In this document: positions 62,704 through 64,000 of the stretch, piece after piece | How positions within the stretch are numbered: position 1 is the stretch's first letter | Layout of the letters: each line of letters opens with the position of its first letter | Assembly (NCBI GenBank): GCA_963732695.1 | Contig: CAVTAP010000016.1 | Span: 101,454 to 165,453, forward strand | DNA length: 64,000 nucleotides | Source of the DNA: an uncultured Actinomycetota bacterium | GTDB lineage: Bacteria > Actinomycetota > Acidimicrobiia > Acidimicrobiales > SZUA-35 | Direction of reading: 5' to 3' | Notes under the pieces: model-generated | The model's input: the letters and a program-made list of their open reading frames with translations, nothing else | Told to the model about the DNA's origin: nothing | Database searches by the model: none | Made by a program: the position numbers and the translations under genes

Positions 62704-64000
62704 ATGCGTCCACTCTTCAGAGCGGTCAAGTGGGGAATCGGGGGCTATCTGCTCGGGGCGATCGCCGCCTGGCTCATGGCCGGGGCCAGCGGCCCGGTGA
62801 ACGGCCCCCTCGAGGTGACCGTCGGCTTCATCGCCGGCCTCATCGGCTGGATCTTCGGCATCGGCGCCTGGAACAACTGGGGCCGGGAATGGTTCGGCCT
62901 TCCACCCAAGGACGAGGGCAAGGACGACTGGCGCCGGTACTTCCGGTTCAACACCGACCACAAGGTGGTGGGCGTCCAGTACCTCGTGGCCTTCATCGCC
63001 GTGATGGGCATCGGCGGCGTCATGGCCATGCTGATGCGCCTGGAGCTGGCTCGGTCGGGCACCGACTTCATGAGCGAGGAGACCTACAACAAGGTCATGA
63101 GCATGCACGGCATCCTGATGGTGGCCGTGGCTGTGGCCGGCATCCTCGGGTCGTTCGGCAACTACCTGATTCCCCTGATGATCGGGGCCCAGGACATGGC
63201 CTTCCCCCGGATCAACGCCCTCAGCTTCTGGCTCATCCCCCCAGTGGCGGTGGCGCTGCTGTCCGCTCCCCTGCTCGGCTCGTTCGAGGCGGGATGGACG
63301 GCGTACCCGCCGCTCAGCGTGCTGGCCCCGGGCGACGGCCAGCTGCTGTTCAACATGGGGGTCATCACCTTCGGCCTGTCGTCGATCCTCGGTGGACTCA
63401 ACATCCTCACCACGGTGACCACGATGCGGGCCCCGGGCATGACGTGGGGCCGGTTGCCGATCTTCGTGTGGGCCGGGTTCTCCGCCTCGCTGATCAGCGT
63501 GCTGTTCACCCAGTACTTCGCCGCCACCCTGGTGATGATCCAGCTCGACCGGATCGCCGGCACCGCCTTCTTCGACGCCAAGGCCGGCGGCGGCACCCTG
63601 CTCTACGAGCACCTGTTCTGGTTCTACTCCCACCCGGCCGTCTACATCATGGTGCTCCCGGCGTTCGGGGTCTCGCTCGAGATCATCACCCACTTCTCCC
63701 GCAAGCCCCTGTTCGCCTACAAGGCGGTGGTGGGGGCGTTCCTCACCATCGTGGGCCTGAGCGGGATCGTGTGGGCCCACCACATGTTCACCAGCGGGAT
63801 GGCCAACTACTTCCACGCCCCGTTCATGGCCCTCACCGAGGCCATCTCGATTCCCACCGGCGTGGTCTTCCTGGCCGCCATCGGCACCATGTGGAAGGGT
63901 CGGATCTGGTTCACGGCCCCGATGATCATGGCCACCGGCTGGGTGTTCAACTTCATGATCGGGGGTCTCACCGGCATCTTCCACGCCGACGTGGCCACCG
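62704..64000 (+). CDS. ctaD: Cytochrome c oxidase subunit I (partial, runs off the window) with an N-terminal extension of about 50 aa
   Basis: Absent from the track because it has no stop in the window. My translation reads MRPLFRAVKWGIGGYLLGAIAAWLMAGASGPVNGPLEVTVGFIAGLIGWIFGIGAWNNWGREWFGLPPKDEGKDDWRRYFRFNTDHKVVGVQYL... then ...DMAFPRINALSFW..., ...WFYSHPAVYIMVLPAFG..., ...VWAHHMFTSG.... Confidence 0.95.
   Translation, partial: MRPLFRAVKWGIGGYLLGAIAAWLMAGASGPVNGPLEVTVGFIAGLIGWIFGIGAWNNWGREWFGLPPKDEGKDDWRRYFRFNTDHKVVGVQYLVAFIAVMGIGGVMAMLMRLELARSGTDFMSEETYNKVMSMHGILMVAVAVAGILGSFGNYLIPLMIGAQDMAFPRINALSFWLIPPVAVALLSAPLLGSFEAGWTAYPPLSVLAPGDGQLLFNMGVITFGLSSILGGLNILTTVTTMRAPGMTWGRLPIFVWAGFSASLISVLFTQYFAATLVMIQLDRIAGTAFFDAKAGGGTLLYEHLFWFYSHPAVYIMVLPAFGVSLEIITHFSRKPLFAYKAVVGAFLTIVGLSGIVWAHHMFTSGMANYFHAPFMALTEAISIPTGVVFLAAIGTMWKGRIWFTAPMIMATGWVFNFMIGGLTGIFHADVAT

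Noticed and set aside
61831-63984. 717-aa minus-strand ORF
   Set aside because: It is antisense to ctaC and ctaD, whose identities are unambiguous.

Overview
This is a 64-kb high-GC chromosome segment (GC judged by eye, not computed). Its gene content and gene style look like Actinomycetota: many GTG starts, 4-nt GTGA/ATGA gene overlaps, and long spurious antisense ORFs. That taxonomic placement is an inference.

The backbone is ordinary:
- folC-clpX-clpP-tig next to tRNA-Pro
- a family III CoA-transferase and a UvrA paralog
- an M48 peptidase
- a Fur/Zur-type regulator with a ZnuABC-like metal importer, and murJ
- a PAS histidine kinase with two non-DNA-binding response regulators
- an OpuC-type osmoprotectant ABC transporter
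- amidase, VOC, SDR and ADH genes, three acyl-CoA-dehydrogenase-fold genes, and an Rrf2 regulator next to ctaC-ctaD

Two accessory patches stand out.

1. About 5.7-8.2 kb beside tRNA-Pro is visibly lower in GC. It carries orphan ORFs and a decayed ECF-sigma remnant.
2. About 29.6-41 kb is a composite island at tRNA-Gly(TCC). The 3' 44 nt of the tRNA recurs at 30986 (identical) and at 40265 (degenerate). Paralogous RHH/MazF-like toxin-antitoxin modules follow the first and third copies. The interior holds IS256, vapBC, padR plus a membrane gene, an ECF sigma module, a frameshifted IS3 and a frameshifted IS1182-like element. I found no integrase.

I found no rRNA, CRISPR array, phage structural genes or recognisable named defence system. 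The best candidates for something undescribed are:
- the tandem tRNA-Gly att-repeat architecture and its cargo
- a small coiled-coil ORF family present in both islands next to ECF-sigma genes and small membrane ORFs
- a Flp-type prepilin leader on an unusually long Thr-repeat protein at the left edge
- a BON-OmpA-BMP fusion protein

None of these can be proven from sequence alone.
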